Source: Diplonema japonicum
Taxonomy: Eukaryota; Protista; Euglenozoa: Diplonemea
DNA length: 64,000 nucleotides
Direction: 5' to 3'
NCBI GenBank assembly: GCA_964019335.1
Contig: OZ025705.1
Coordinates: forward strand, 1-64,000
A program made the translations under genes and the position numbers. Shown in pieces: positions 22,457 to 35,268 of the stretch. Below the pieces are notes generated by a model that did not search any database, was not told where the DNA came from, and was given only the letters and a program-made list of their open reading frames with translations. The number at the start of each line of letters is the position of its first letter. The stretch's first letter is position 1.

Positions 22457-23982
22457 TATAAAAGCAAAGTATTACGTTAAGTGGGAGAAGGAAAGGGGAG
22501 GTAGAAAAAAAAGGGGAAAAAAACGAAACCTTGCTAGCCGGACAGCTCCATTCTTTAAATTCGCCGATACTGGTATCACAATGGTAGCTTTAAAGTTCGC
22601 AGACGAGGCCTGTGGTTTATGTTACCTGATAACAGCAGCAAAGGAGGCTAGTCTTCAAGATGCTGAGGATACTCAACCTGCAGCAGCAGCACTGCGGCGA
22701 ACACCACAGATGCATACTACAGGTTAGTAACCCCCACCCCTGAGAGGGGTATGGATAGAGGAAGGAGGAGAATTCAAAAAAAGATGAACGGGTATAATGG
22801 GAAGTGTTAGGCTAAGAACTCCACCATTTAAAAGAAAAAACAGAGAGACAAACAGAGACAAGATAAAAAAAAAAAGGTGGGGGAAGAAAGAAAAAAGAAA
22901 AAGGTAAAAAAAAAAAAAAAAAAAGAAAAAGAAAAAAAAGAAAAGAAAAAAAAAAAACAAGAAAACAAAACACGGAAATAACTTTGTTGGGGGGGTTTTT
23001 TTTTCAAGTAATTTCTTTTGATTTTGGAGAAGGCACACAGGTAATTTCTTTTGTCGAAATAGGGCAGCGAATACACCCGACAGAATTTTAACCAGGCAGA
23101 GAACAGTTTTAGGAACACATTCCTTTTAGAGTTGTGATTTCACCCCAGAAATGCAGAAAAGACAAATGTTTCTCGTGACGAACACGCCGTGGGAAGGCAG
23201 TGCATCTATAGGTATGATGCCAGCAGTATTTAAGGTATGTTTTGTTTTCCTCATTTTTTTTTTTCCCCGCCCTTTTTTTTTTCCTCTTTTTTTTCTTTTT
23301 TTTTCTCCCTTTTTCTTTTTTTCTCCATTTCTTTTCCTCTCTCGCCGCCTTTTTTTTAATATCAAATCGCATGTTTTTTTCTTCCTCGTTTTTCCCTTCT
23401 GCCATCTTTTTTTGTTTCTGCCTTTCCGCCTGTCCTGAAGATATAACCAGCTTTGCCGAACTCTTGTTCGCAGGATTTGAATCTATTTACCGTACCTCTA
23501 AGCCAAGTGCCACAGGGTCCCCCTCCTTGGGCTCTGCCGTCCCGAGAAGGTTGAAAACAGCGAAAAAGACTTCCTGTTTTTTTTCTTCTTTTTTTTTCCC
23601 CTTCTTTTTTTCTTCTTTTTAAACATCATTAACATACCTTGTGCTCATCTGTACTTATCAACCCAAACTTCTGATCTGCATTGTATGACTTTACAGTACC
23701 GATGTGGGTAACGTTCGGCCCTACCACTGGGAGGGCAGGGAAAGCTGTATACTGCACTGTTGTGCCTACTGCGGCCTCAGCAGGTGCAGCGGGCTGCAAT
23801 GGAGTGCTCGCCTCTTGCTGTGTGTTTGATGTATCCTGCGCGCCCTCTTCATCCTGCTGCAGCCCATTCTCCGCCTCCATAAAGGACATCCCTATGGCCA
23901 GGTCCTCATCGTACTCGCGCACTTCCTGCACCGCCACGTCATCCCCAAGCCCCGTCGCCTCATGTTGATACGAATAGTCCAT
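21225..23982 (-). CDS. Multi cold-shock-domain (4 CSD) nucleic-acid-binding protein, multi-exon
   Basis: CSD motifs GTVKSYNADQKFGLI, RIKSFSVRNGYGF, GKVKSWSSGNRYGFL...DVHV, GSLKSYYPANGYGFL...DIF. Final exon after a short intron ends ...NAVWKM* at 21225. The internal exon near 22530-22609 is uncertain. Confidence 0.75.
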
Positions 23983-24067
23983 CCCTGTGATGGTTGGCAG
24001 GTTGTGGGTATACAAAACATGGGGAGGGGAGGGGGATAATGAAGTGTACAATACAAAAATATATATA

Positions 24068-26200
24068 TTAACATTGGATGATACCGTGTGTCACTATCCT
24101 GGCACACCCATCGGTAGTGATAGCAAGCACGCCGTGCAGGGTGCTATGCATGGCAACGACGCACCCTTCACACCTGAGTCCTGCACCTACCACACCGGTC
24201 TCTTTTTCGAAGGGCGGGAGGGGCACATATGTGATTACCGATTCGTCGCTCTCATCTACGTATTCCGAGTAGTACACACCAGGCGACACGTTGCTCCCGC
24301 ACAACGCGGTCACAGTGGACCCTACGCTGAGCAGCTTTCTCTTCTTGTACCTTGGCTCTTCGACGTTCCTCGGACCTCGTACATCCCCAGGGACAATGTT
24401 AACAGCATGTGGCTCCAGAATGACTTCTTCTGTCTCTTCCAAGTTCGCTAGCTCAGGTTTCCTCTGAAGCACTTCCATGGCCAAAGGACTCATGTCCCAC
24501 ATCTGCCTCTGTACCTCAGGGTGCACCCATGCCCTACATGACCCTTTAGTCAGCCCGTCACCGTCCAACCGTTCTTCCCATCCTTCGTAGGCTATCTTAG
24601 CTTTCAGCACTTTATAAAACCTGTCGTCCTTGTTCACACATTTCCCCTGTGGCATGGGATACGGAAAGCCCCCTTTGTACTCGTGGTGTGCCGTCGCAAG
24701 GTGTTTGTGCAAATCCCACACGACCTCCGAGGTTTGCCTGTTGTAGTAATACGGTTTCCCTTTCGAGGGAGTAGCCTTGGCCCAAACACCCGACGCAAGA
24801 AGGTATGCCGCCTCCCTCTCAATCTCATGCTGCAAAGGATTCTTGAAATCCTCTTCTGGGGGGGTATCAGCGGCTGCGGGCTTCGCCTTGGTTTCGCTGA
24901 GGTCGTCCCAGAAGTACAGGACGTCTGTTTGGAGGGTCACCACGTACTGGTAGCTGGAGACAGAAAGCGGGGTAGGAATGTCCTCTGTGTCCCACCACTC
25001 CTCGTGCACGAGCGACAGAGTCCTTAGGGAAAACAGCTGCTGTCCACCTGACAACGTCGCAAGGATGTTGTTCTGTCCCAGGAGCGCAAGGCTGAGGCAC
25101 GGGTAGAGCGTCTTCACAACAGCAAGAGGAACACCCGTGTCGAGGTCGTACTCCGTCACCTGCAAGTCGGACGTGATCGCGTACAGCGTGCCCCATGACT
25201 CTCGAATCACGAAGTGCGTCATCCCATGGCACACATCGGTGTCGTTGGCCTGCCCGTTGTGGTAGGTCACGTGCGCCTTGCTTGTGGAAAGGTCCCATGC
25301 AGTGCACCGCCTGTTCTTGTGATATGTGTAGCACATGTTTCCTAGAACCTCGAGGGACATGACCATGCGGGGATCGGGGTGGTGCAAGTTAATTTTCTCC
25401 TTTGATGTGGTGGTCAGGCGCGTGATCTGTTGGTAGCCACCCATGAGGAACGTCCGCTCGACAGGGAAGGCAGCAATGCAGCAGCCGGTGGTGGCAGAGT
25501 GGCCCAGTGATGTTGAGGTGTTGAAGTGTGTTGTGAGCTGCGTCTTGATGGTAGGAGAAACGGTAGCGAGGCCGTAGAGCACGTTACCATGCAGGGCCTG
25601 GACCATTTGGAGTATGTATGTTAACGTCGTGAACTCGCGCGGTCGAAGTGTCGTGTTCCGGGTGGCCACTTCATTCACGAAGGTGTTGATGTTCCTGTCC
25701 TGCGACAGCATCTTGTACACATCGCACACGGCAGTCATGCCCTGCTCATGCTCGTCGCCGAAGGAGCTGCCCAGCAGCCAACTGCTGAGGAACAAGACGC
25801 CGTAGTACTTAACAAGGGAAAGAAGGCATCCGGTTGGGCAGTACGTGGTTACAATTTTGATGGCAAGGCAGAGAACCTTCTTCCACGAATCAACGTTTTG
25901 TTTGTCGGATGCTTTTGTGAGATGTGCCTGCATGTTGCTGGCAAGGTCCCATTCCTTGTTGGTGCGGTGTGCGGTGGTGCTGACTGCGTTCTTCACGCCG
26001 TGCTTGACCAGCGCCCACCCGCCCACAAGACCGACCATCGGCACATGCTTCGGTACTGTTCTCCGTAGCACACCGCATTCCTGTTTCTTCCCTTTGTCTC
26101 GAAGTAGCCTCTTAGGAACATCCTTCACAAGCACGGTGTGTCTCTGCCTCTCACACTGCCCTATCAATAGCACAAGCACATCGCTCACTATCTCAATCAT
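24068..26200 (-). CDS. Hypothetical protein with beta-propeller-like region and WW-like domain(s)
   Basis: GVWAKATPSKGKPYYYNRQTSEVVWDL resembles a WW domain; WD-like blades (CTAWDL, VTEYDL, LYFWD). Confidence 0.55.
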   Translation of the reverse strand: MIEIVSDVLVLLIGQCERQRHTVLVKDVPKRLLRDKGKKQECGVLRRTVPKHVPMVGLVGGWALVKHGVKNAVSTTAHRTNKEWDLASNMQAHLTKASDKQNVDSWKKVLCLAIKIVTTYCPTGCLLSLVKYYGVLFLSSWLLGSSFGDEHEQGMTAVCDVYKMLSQDRNINTFVNEVATRNTTLRPREFTTLTYILQMVQALHGNVLYGLATVSPTIKTQLTTHFNTSTSLGHSATTGCCIAAFPVERTFLMGGYQQITRLTTTSKEKINLHHPDPRMVMSLEVLGNMCYTYHKNRRCTAWDLSTSKAHVTYHNGQANDTDVCHGMTHFVIRESWGTLYAITSDLQVTEYDLDTGVPLAVVKTLYPCLSLALLGQNNILATLSGGQQLFSLRTLSLVHEEWWDTEDIPTPLSVSSYQYVVTLQTDVLYFWDDLSETKAKPAAADTPPEEDFKNPLQHEIEREAAYLLASGVWAKATPSKGKPYYYNRQTSEVVWDLHKHLATAHHEYKGGFPYPMPQGKCVNKDDRFYKVLKAKIAYEGWEERLDGDGLTKGSCRAWVHPEVQRQMWDMSPLAMEVLQRKPELANLEETEEVILEPHAVNIVPGDVRGPRNVEEPRYKKRKLLSVGSTVTALCGSNVSPGVYYSEYVDESDESVITYVPLPPFEKETGVVGAGLRCEGCVVAMHSTLHGVLAITTDGCARIVTHGIIQC

Positions 26201-27001
26201 AAAACCGCCTGTTGATGCAAGTGCAAGATGAGCGTTTTGAATTTCGCAATTACTACGTATAAGGAAAGATGGAAAGAAAAGAAATCAAAGAAAAAAATAA
26301 TAAAAGCGGAGGCGGGGGGCGGTTGGGTGCTTGGGAGTGGTCAGGGGGTAATGAATGGGGGGGGGAGGAAGAAAGAGAATATGTGGCTGCTGAGTCGGAT
26401 ATAGAAGCTTTGAAAAACCAACACCATGTGCACCGATTCCGTATCCGTTCCAGAAAGAAGTCCTCCCCCCCCCCCCCCCCCCGTTTATGTTTCTCTTTTT
26501 GGCAATGGGACGGAAAAACGATTGAGGTTTTTCAAAAAAAAAAAACTTTTTAAAAAAATTAAAAGAAGCCTTTAAATATGCATCCAAGTAAAAAAAGGGG
26601 GGTTCAAAGGGGGACCGGGGATTGCTGGATAATATTGTTATTGCGGCTATTTCTTTTATGTCGTATTGAGGAATAAAAAAAAAGAGGTTTAAAAGGGATT
26701 TTCCACTTTGTTTTCTCCCCAGGAATTGTTGTTTTTTTTTTCTTTTTTTTTTCCCCAGTGCAATAAAAAAGGGTTGGGCAATTGAGATGAAGCAAAAAAA
26801 AAAAAAAAAAGCAAAAAAAAAAAAGACGAATGAACACACGTATACCAGTAAAAGAAAAATTGACCGATACATGGGGGGGGGGACGGGGGGAATAAAAAAT
26901 GACAACGACACAGACTTACAATTTTTCTCAAAAAAAAAAACATTTCTTTTTTTTTTTTGGCTCCTTCAAACCCACATCTCTCTTTTTTTCTTTTTCTCAA
27001 C

Positions 27002-29993
27002 TTAACCCACGCGGGCCTTGTCAGCCTCCTCTACAAGCTCATTGAAGTCCAGAGGAAGGAACTTGTGACCGTCACCAACGTAGAACTTGTTCTGGAACTC
27101 TACCCAGTGGAGACGCAGGGAGTGGAGGAACGCAGAGAGCGCCTCCATGAGGATGAGCACACCGAAGGTGACTGAGAGCCATGCCCCGAACCCGAACCAC
27201 ATGACAAAGCCACCACCGAAGCCCTTAGAGCCGTCAAGCATCTTCATGATAGCGAACTTCCAGAACACTTCGGAAAGCTCTGCGTGTGCAAGCGACAACG
27301 CCCACAACCTGAGGTACGAAGCGGTGTTAGAGACGCACCCCAGCACGAACTCGATCACGTGAATCACCTGCTTGATCCACACCTCCTGCATGTCGATCAG
27401 ATCAGCCTCCGGGCTACCGATCGCCTCCAGCCTCTTCTTCTCCTTGCCCTTCATGATAGGGATCGGCAGCAACATAAGCGGGATCGCCATGACAGCCATG
27501 ATCAGCAGGGCCACCTGGACCTCCTTCTGCCCTGAGTACAAGTAGGCGTACTGTGGTTGGGGTGTTTATTTCATCCGTATCACTACATACCCCTGAGCAA
27601 TCGTTGTTGGTGGCGCACTTTTCAGCGTCGAACAAGCTGTACGCACCGGGCGACAGGAAGAACTTGGTCATGGTCTCCAGGGAGTTGGGTGCGAGGTTGG
27701 TGTTGGTCCAGGGAGTGAGCCACTTGGAGATGAGCATGACGCACATGTAGCCGAAGGTGCAGAACAGGAAGATGCACTCAGGGATGAAGCCGAAGAAGAT
27801 GTGCTTGTGGTCCTTGAAGTACAGATGGTTGAAGAGGGACAGGATGAGACCGAGGGTCATCTGAAGCACACCGCAGATCACAGCGTTTTTCATTTTGTAA
27901 CTGTTGAAGTATGTCAGCTTGTTGTCACTCTCGTGCCATGCAGCATCGAACCCGAACGGAGTAGGCCCGTTAGAGGGCTGCATCAAGTTGGGCGAGTCCC
28001 CAGTGTAGTCGATAAAGTTGGGGCACGAGTTCTCGCTCTCCATCAGCGCAACCTGGTTGGGGCACGTGCACCTCAAGGTGTAGGTGCCATTGAGGCTCGT
28101 CGACACGTTGACCCAAGTAAGATCAGACATGCTGCAGTTGCTGTTGCACACGAGCGGGAGGTTGGTACCGTCGTAGCAAGTCGTGTTCTGGTAGTCCTTC
28201 CCGTATTCCCAGTCGTGCGGGAACTGGAACTTGGACTCGCTGTAACTAAGCATCATCCCGAAGCAGTCGTTGTAAAGGAAGCCCATGTAGACAGCGAAGA
28301 TACCCATGAGAAGCAGCAGCCAACGGGCACCGAAAACCATCTGTGGGTGCGTTTGTGTATTTTGTGCAGGGGAAGCAACATACGTCCACAATCTCATTCA
28401 GCTGCATCTTCTTCATCTTGTCTTGGAAATAGATCATAAGAGCAGCGCTTATGGTGATGATGAAACCGTGCCCAATGTCACCGTACATGATACCGAAGAA
28501 CCAGGGGAAGGTCACAACGCTGAAGATGGCGGGGTTGACCTCATGGTACCTGGGGATACCGTACGAGTCGACGATGCCCTGGAAGGTGCCTGTGAACTCG
28601 TTGGTCTGGAAGTAGGTGGGAGGCGACTCCGACTTGTCGGTGTTCTTAAGGTCCTCTGTGTACAGCCTGCAGAGGGGGTGCTCGTGGAGCACTCGCTCGA
28701 TTTTAGCGATCTGACGCACGGGCAGCCAAGCAACGGCCGTCGCGAACTGACCCTCCACCTGCATCATGTTCAAGACGTGGTACATGGCCTTCTCCTTGAG
28801 CACGTAGTGCCTCCTCGAGGTGTGCACCCTGGCAATAGCCTTCAGCTTGTCGTGCACCATGCCCTTAGTGCTGGTGATCATTTTGGCACGGTCCTCGGTT
28901 TCCTTGTGGAGGGTCTCCTTTATCAGCTTGAACTGTGCCTCGGTCTCAGGCAAGTGCTGGATGTGTTCAGCCTTGGCGTCAGTTCTGCCGCTGGAACTCT
29001 GAAGGATCCTGCCCAGGTACACATCAGCACCGTTGGCGGCAGTAAGCTTCAGGATTCTGCTCTGCATCTCGAACGACGAGTACAGGATTCGGAAGATGCA
29101 TTTGTTCTGCGCCACTCCGTCGTCCTCGATGTCACTGTAAGTCACCACAGCGTTACCCTTCGTCACACGGTAGATCAATCTGCAAAGGTGTGGTGCTGGT
29201 AGGCATATACCTGTTGAAGACGTCCATCTTTTCGGCTGCGATGGTTCCGATCAGCTGTCCGAGACTGCCGCCGCCACCTACAGTATAAAGTTTGGTACCT
29301 TCTTGGACATCAAGGAGACTTTGTTCTTCTTCGTGCAGCTCTTCGGCGGCGATATCGAGGGTCTTCTGGTTGTTGCAGTGCTTCTCGGCCCACTTCACTG
29401 AGAAGGTTCTTTCAGTGGCAGTGCTGTACTCGGACCTGTACTTCTCGAGTTTCTCGCACTGGTCCTTCAAGCTTGCCTCATCAGTGTTCAGTTTCTGTGA
29501 GGGTAAACATTTCTTCTTCTTTTTTTTTTTTAATTTCCATACGCGGGCGAGCGTCTCAAGGGCGTTGGGAAGGTCGGTGTGCACGGTGCCCCTGAACTCC
29601 TCGACGCCAAGGGGGGCATCGTTGTTGTGCAGCTGCTGGAGCTGGGGTTCCTGTTGTGTCTGGAGGTGGTGTGGGTGCTCATACGTTGGCGTCGATTTCG
29701 TTTAAGGTCAGCTGTTCGTCGAAGTAGCGAAGGCTCCTCTCAATAGACTCGCTGGTGCGGATCTGAGTGATAAAGCACCTCAGGTTGGTTTGCTTGTCCA
29801 GGTCGTCGCTGGCCTCGTGAGTCACGTTCATGTCTCTGAACTGCACGCACCCAAGCTCACCGAACCTTCTCACCACACGTTCCAGTGACGAGCGCTCAAT
29901 GCTCATGGTGCGAAGCTCCATGTCCTCAGACCTCCACAGACCGCTGATCGCACCCAAGGGCTCCTCATCGCCCAGGGTCGACCTCTCTGACAT
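27002..29993 (-). CDS. VPH1: V-type H+-ATPase V0 subunit a (6 exons)
   Basis: LWRSEDM, LGCVQFRDMN, PPTYFQTNEFT, YGDIGHG, SNTASYLRLWALSLAHAELS, LRLHWVEF. Introns 29651-29684, 29495-29542, 29180-29210, 28341-28383, 27551-27590. Confidence 0.95.
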
Positions 29994-30182
29994 GGTCTGG
30001 AGATTCACTTTGAAAGGAGGAATTTTTACTGATAAAGAGAGGAGGGGGTCTCACAAGGACCTGTGGTGTGTGCGTTGATTTTAGAGCGAAATACAAAACA
30101 AATCATAATAAGTATTTTAAAACACACTGCTCGTCGTTTTTTTTTTTTTTTTGAAAATCCATAAAAGAAAAAGAGAAAATGA

Positions 30183-31533
30183 CTAGAAGCGCGGGAGGAC
30201 ACCAGTCTTGCCGTCGGGCACGGATTCTCTCCAATGGCCCACAGCGTGCCAAGAAATCTTTCCTCGCTTTCTTGTGAGCATGGTGGGCGGGTCGGGGTAG
30301 ACGGGTGGCTCCGCCATGTCGTCGTCCTCTGGGAATTCGTGCTTACAGTTGATGGCATCCAACTTCTTCTCCGTGTCCTCCTTCTCGCTTTTGCAGAAGG
30401 CAACAAAACTCTGCAACTCTTCAATGTCCTGGATCTCGTCGAAGTACATGTAAGTGTTGTGCTTCTCTTGGTACCGGTTTGTCACCATCTCTTCTCGGAT
30501 CGGGAAGATTGGTGCTGTGATGGGCTTGCCCTCCTTTATCATCTGCAAGTAGTTCTCCTCAACAACAATCTGAGTTTTTTATTTTGCTTTTCTCTTTTCT
30601 TGAACATTTCGGAAAGACATACCTTCTCTCCAAACTCAAGCTCATCAGGCATCAGTGTCCAGTAGTACAAGTGCGGGTCCACATCAGGGTGGTTCAGCTT
30701 CACGCCCTTAACCCTTCGGACAAACTCCCGCGACACTAAACGTTCCAGCCCCAGAATGATATCTTTCGCGTTGTCGAAGGGGTTGTGCGGGAAGGACTCC
30801 ACCTTGTCAACGAGGTCCTCCTCTCTTATGGGGTGGAAGAAGTAAAGCGTTTTAAAGAGCCATTCATCCCTGTCCAGCTTGTACCCCTCTTGCGCGCCGT
30901 ACAGCGGTGGCATGATCCTGTCAAGGTCCAACAGACCGTGCTTCAGCCTGTTGTACATCTCAGACCGCACCTTCTTTTTAGGCGGGATGGGACGCAGGTA
31001 CTCGATTTTCTGAATGTACTTTTTGCCAACCTTCTCCAAGGGAAGCCTGTTCCTCGTGACAAGCGTATGGGGAGAGGCGTAGGGTCTCATGAGGTTCACC
31101 TGCGGGGTAACCATCACAGGCCTATGCTTCTTGGGGTTGGGATACTTCCGCGTAGGGAACTTGAAGAGGATACCGGTTCTCCGAGCAGTCGAAGAGGCGT
31201 GTACGGAGTCGCTCTGTGGTGGTGCCCATGCGCCGTGTGCATACCGGGTAAGGGGGAATGTCAACTATGTTCCTCGACATCACAGTGTCGTTATCATTCT
31301 GCACTTTCGTGCGGGCTGTGGGATGCTTACACTACATAAAGGGCCATACCTTTCCACTCCTTTCCGCTGTACTCCTGCTGCACTCTTTGCTCTAATATCT
31401 CTGTCTTGGACCTCCCTGAATATGCCTGTTGGTATATGTCAAAGCCAGATCCCTGCTGATCTGAACTGAAGCTCTGACCACTCATGTTACCAACGCCATT
31501 GGAACTCCGCAGGAGTAAAAAAGTCCGCTTCAT
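30183..31533 (-). CDS. Hypothetical protein, probably mitochondrial (4 exons)
   Basis: Presequence-like MKRTFLLLRSS. Introns 31316-31349, 31214-31244 and 30570-30622 give one continuous frame. Confidence 0.65.
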
Positions 31534-31610
31534 CTCACCCTCCCAACCCTCCTTTGCCTTTTTTAATTCAAAAAAAAATGAGGGGGGGAAAATAGGGGGA
31601 AAGGAACAAT

Positions 31611-32345
31611 CTACTCTTCCTTCTTCACGTACCGGTTCATAACAATTAAATATTTCGCAAGTTCTTCAGAACAATCGACCTCGCGAGGCGTGTACTGATT
31701 GAGGATGGACGCGGGGACGGGGTGGATGGTGTGTTTCTTTCGCTTGCTTGTCGGTTCGTATTCGGAGGCCTTTTGTTTTTTAGGGTCGCGGTTCCAGTCC
31801 CTGAAGGACGCGTACGCCTTCAGAACGGTGGCGTAGTTGGGGAGGCAGGTGAGAAGCTTCCAGATCGACGGACATGAAAAGCCGAAGAACAGGTTCCCCT
31901 GAGGTGGTGTCGAAGACACTAGCATGTCGGCGTTTGCGATCTTTCGGTGCGCCATTCGAACGGCTGTGGTGGCGTTGGTAGAAGAGACGGATTCGCCTTC
32001 CGGGTGGGTGATGGAGAACATCATGCCTTCTTGCGTTTTAAACGTTTTGCAGTGATACCAAACCTGTTCCCCCGTGGCCCAGCTGGTGTACATCCTCCTG
32101 CTGTGGTAATCAACCGGATACGCAATGTCACGGAATACACACCCGTTGCACCCGACCATCTTCCCCAACGACACCAGCTTCAGCTTACCGAAATCTATAT
32201 CAAACACCCTATGCAAGTCGGGCAGGCTCCCCTTCTGCAGACTTCTTACTGCATCGCTTACATCCGCCGTTGCCTTCGCGTTCAACTCCCTCCACTTCTT
32301 TGAACGGTTTGTCAACGATCTTTCCATTGCGCTGTTAGAAAACAT
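31611..32345 (-). CDS. FYRN/FYRC-domain protein (TBRG1-like)
   Basis: LVSLGK...YPVDYHSRRMY.S...YHC (FYRN) and GNLFFGFS.PSI..LL..LP (FYRC). Confidence 0.75.
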   Translation of the reverse strand: MFSNSAMERSLTNRSKKWRELNAKATADVSDAVRSLQKGSLPDLHRVFDIDFGKLKLVSLGKMVGCNGCVFRDIAYPVDYHSRRMYTSWATGEQVWYHCKTFKTQEGMMFSITHPEGESVSSTNATTAVRMAHRKIANADMLVSSTPPQGNLFFGFSCPSIWKLLTCLPNYATVLKAYASFRDWNRDPKKQKASEYEPTSKRKKHTIHPVPASILNQYTPREVDCSEELAKYLIVMNRYVKKEE

Positions 32346-32881
32346 GCACCATCGAAGAGAGGGGGGGGGGGGAGAAAACAAAAGAAAGGACGAGGCAACA
32401 AGAAGAATGAAAGAGATTTGAAAGGAGACAGGTTGCATGGTGGTGTAAGTGTTTTAATTAGTTGTGGGAGGGGGGGGGGGGGGATAAGAAACAAAATTGA
32501 CAATTGTTAGCCATGGGCTCTCATCAATTTTCTTCTTTTTTTTTATATATCGCGAAGTGTAATCACAACGCCGAGCGTGCTAGAAAGAAAAAAAACTCAG
32601 ATGCTTACCAATTGGTACTGCAGCAATGAATAAAAAACCTTAAAAAACCTTTGCACTCTTTGAAAAGAAAGAGAAATAGCCATTTTTTTATTCACAAAAT
32701 AACCTTAATGTCACTCGAGTGGGGGAAAAAAAAAAGAAAAAAGTATCACAAGCCAAGGTTTTACAGAGTGAACAATATGGTGGCGCCAAAAAATATGAGG
32801 AAAGGCTAGCTAAAAAAAAATCTTTTAGGTTCGCAGAGCAGCCGGCTTACAGATTCAAGCCTGCCTGGGTTGCGGTTCAGG

Positions 32882-33505
32882 TCAGACTCCCTTGTCTTCA
32901 ACAACATCTCCTACAGGTTCATGGCTAGCGTCGAAGTTTGCTTCAGCCTCAGCCTCAGTGGCAAGGTCTTTCATGGAACCTGTGACACAAAGAACGACAC
33001 AATTTATACAGCTGAGCACCACCCCCGCAAGGAGGAAGAACAACCCATAGTTCAGCTCGTAGCGGTCCTTCAGCCTCAGCTCAACAGCACCGCAGTCGAA
33101 AGTTTCGTCAAACAAGGACCACCCTAGGCACATAGCAAGCAGGAACGCAATAAACATGAAAACATTGACTCCGCCGCTTACCTTCCCCAGCATACCACCC
33201 TCAGAACCAGCTCCGAAAAGAGAGACCAGCACAGCTACACTGCTCACAGCAAGACTGATCATTGTGAAGGCCTTCACACCGTTGCCCCTCTCCTCGTGGT
33301 CGGAGCAGTTCTGCCCACCTACAAAGTGTGCCTCATCAGTCCATCCGTTTCCCCTTGAGTCCTTCCATGCACCAAGCCCGCTCCCATCAGGAAGGTACCC
33401 CGCCTTTGTGATCATCAAGCTGCGGCCGTCAGCGAGGACAACCCCCGCGAACAGCACACACACCATCGACAGGAACCCAACAACAACGTGACCGATGCGT
33501 GTCAT
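32882..33505 (-). CDS. Amastin/claudin-like 4-TM surface protein, paralogue 1
   Basis: Four hydrophobic helices, G.W...C, VKAF and C...ELNYG motifs; paralogous to the two upstream copies. Confidence 0.7.
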   Translation of the reverse strand: MTRIGHVVVGFLSMVCVLFAGVVLADGRSLMITKAGYLPDGSGLGAWKDSRGNGWTDEAHFVGGQNCSDHEERGNGVKAFTMISLAVSSVAVLVSLFGAGSEGGMLGKVSGGVNVFMFIAFLLAMCLGWSLFDETFDCGAVELRLKDRYELNYGLFFLLAGVVLSCINCVVLCVTGSMKDLATEAEAEANFDASHEPVGDVVEDKGV

Positions 33506-33987
33506 TTCTTTTTTTTTTTTTTTGAAAGAAGAATACAAATAGCAAAAGGTGCCTGTCGGGGTGGGGGAGGCCGTTTGTCTTCACAATGCTCCACGGTGCT
33601 AAAAATAAAATAACAAACAGCAAAACTATTTCATGCATACTACTATTCGACGCGCGAATGTGGTGTGCATAGTCGTAGACTGTGCTGTTCATGATAAGGA
33701 AGACAAGATACATCCAGAATAAGAAAGGCAACTCCCACTTAAGGACCACCCCAAAGAAAGAATTAAATATGACGGGGGAAGTGTTACAATCCACCGAAGA
33801 GTAAAGAGTGGCGAGTCCATTGTGCTACTTAGCACAGCACAGGACACGCATAAGGGAGGCAGAACAAGGGATGGGGGGAGTAGGATCGTTTTAGTAATAA
33901 TATATTTTTACCCAATCATGTCAACTTAGCATCAACAGAGCGTGTGGGTATTACAGGAACAAAAAAAAAAAAGAACTTTTAGCCGAC

Positions 33988-34626
33988 TCAAACATCAGCC
34001 TTCTCGGCGGTCTTGTCGCCCAAGGGCTCGTTGGTGGTTTCCGTCACGGGGCCTGCCACAGCAACGTCCTTCATGGAGCCGGTGGCGACGAGGACGATGA
34101 TGTTCAGGAGGCCCACCACAGTGCCTGCGAGGAGGAAGAACAGCCCGTAGTTCAGCTCGAACAAGTCCTTCAGCCTCAGCCTGGGGACGATCGAGTTATC
34201 GCAGTCGAAGGTCTCGTCGTACAGGGACCAGCCGATGGCCATGGAGAGGAGGAAGGACAGGAACACCCCAGCCTGAAGCCCTGCGTTCACCATCCCCAGT
34301 GTCCCGCCCTCAGAACCCGCACCCAAGAGAGACACAAGAACGGCGAAGCAGCTCAGAATGAGAGCAATGGTTCCGAAGGCCTTCACACCGTTGCCCCTCT
34401 CCTCGTGGTCGGAGCAGTTCAAGGACTTCACAGGGTGCGCGTCGTCGGTCCAGTCGTTCCCCTTCGCGTCCTTCCACACCCCGACACCGTAGCCGTCATG
34501 GAACAGAGGCCCCACGTTGCTGGCCTTCACGATGATCACGCTGCGCCCGTCGCCAAGAGCGACACCAGCGAACAGCACACACACCATCGACAGGAACCCT
34601 GCAACAACGTGACCGATGCGAGTCAT
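33988..34626 (-). CDS. Amastin/claudin-like 4-TM protein, copy 2a
   Basis: Same architecture as paralogue 1; CDS reads as identical to 37229-37867. Confidence 0.75.
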   Translation of the reverse strand: MTRIGHVVAGFLSMVCVLFAGVALGDGRSVIIVKASNVGPLFHDGYGVGVWKDAKGNDWTDDAHPVKSLNCSDHEERGNGVKAFGTIALILSCFAVLVSLLGAGSEGGTLGMVNAGLQAGVFLSFLLSMAIGWSLYDETFDCDNSIVPRLRLKDLFELNYGLFFLLAGTVVGLLNIIVLVATGSMKDVAVAGPVTETTNEPLGDKTAEKADV

Positions 34627-35268
34627 TTTTCTTTTTTTTTTTTTTTGAGAAGTTTAAAAAAAGCACAAAAGTAGCTGTGAAAGTGAAGTTGCATGTGCGT
34701 CGAGTGAACCGGGAAGGTGGAATAGGAAGAAAAAAGGTGTCTTTGAAAAGAGAAAGAGAGGGAAAACAAACAAGAGAGAAGTAGCAGGCCACGTAAGGCC
34801 CAAGTTCGATCGACGCCAAGAGAAACACAAAATGTTAAGCTCTTGCAGAATAAAACCTAAAGATAAGAAAAAAGAAGAAAGAAGGACGCACTATTACTAT
34901 GTGAAGCACTACTCATTAAGTTAAGGTGTCACCGTTTCCACAAAACATGTTCAGTGCCTTTCATAAGGAAACGGGTGACAGGACATGCCTGTGCATCGTG
35001 TAGGAGCTTGCAAGTAGCATTTGAAGGGAGAAAAAAATGGGAAACAAACAGAGAGGGAGAATGTATGTTGCGGGAAGAAAAGAATAGATACGATTTGCCA
35101 CAAGTAAAGGGACACAAAACGAACTGAATTGTCCTGGGAAATGTTTCCACAACGGCATGGAACAGAATCGACAAAACGGCGTGACCCAGAGTCACTAGCC
35201 TCTTGCATTATGTACAGTTTCTTTCTTCATTTCTTTTCGCTTTTTTTCTTCCCCTCCTGCAGTCTAGT

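Noticed and set aside
34736-34747. Possible fourth LINE-tail remnant GGTGTCTTTGAA upstream of the amastin-like gene
   Set aside because: Only 12 nt match, which could be chance.
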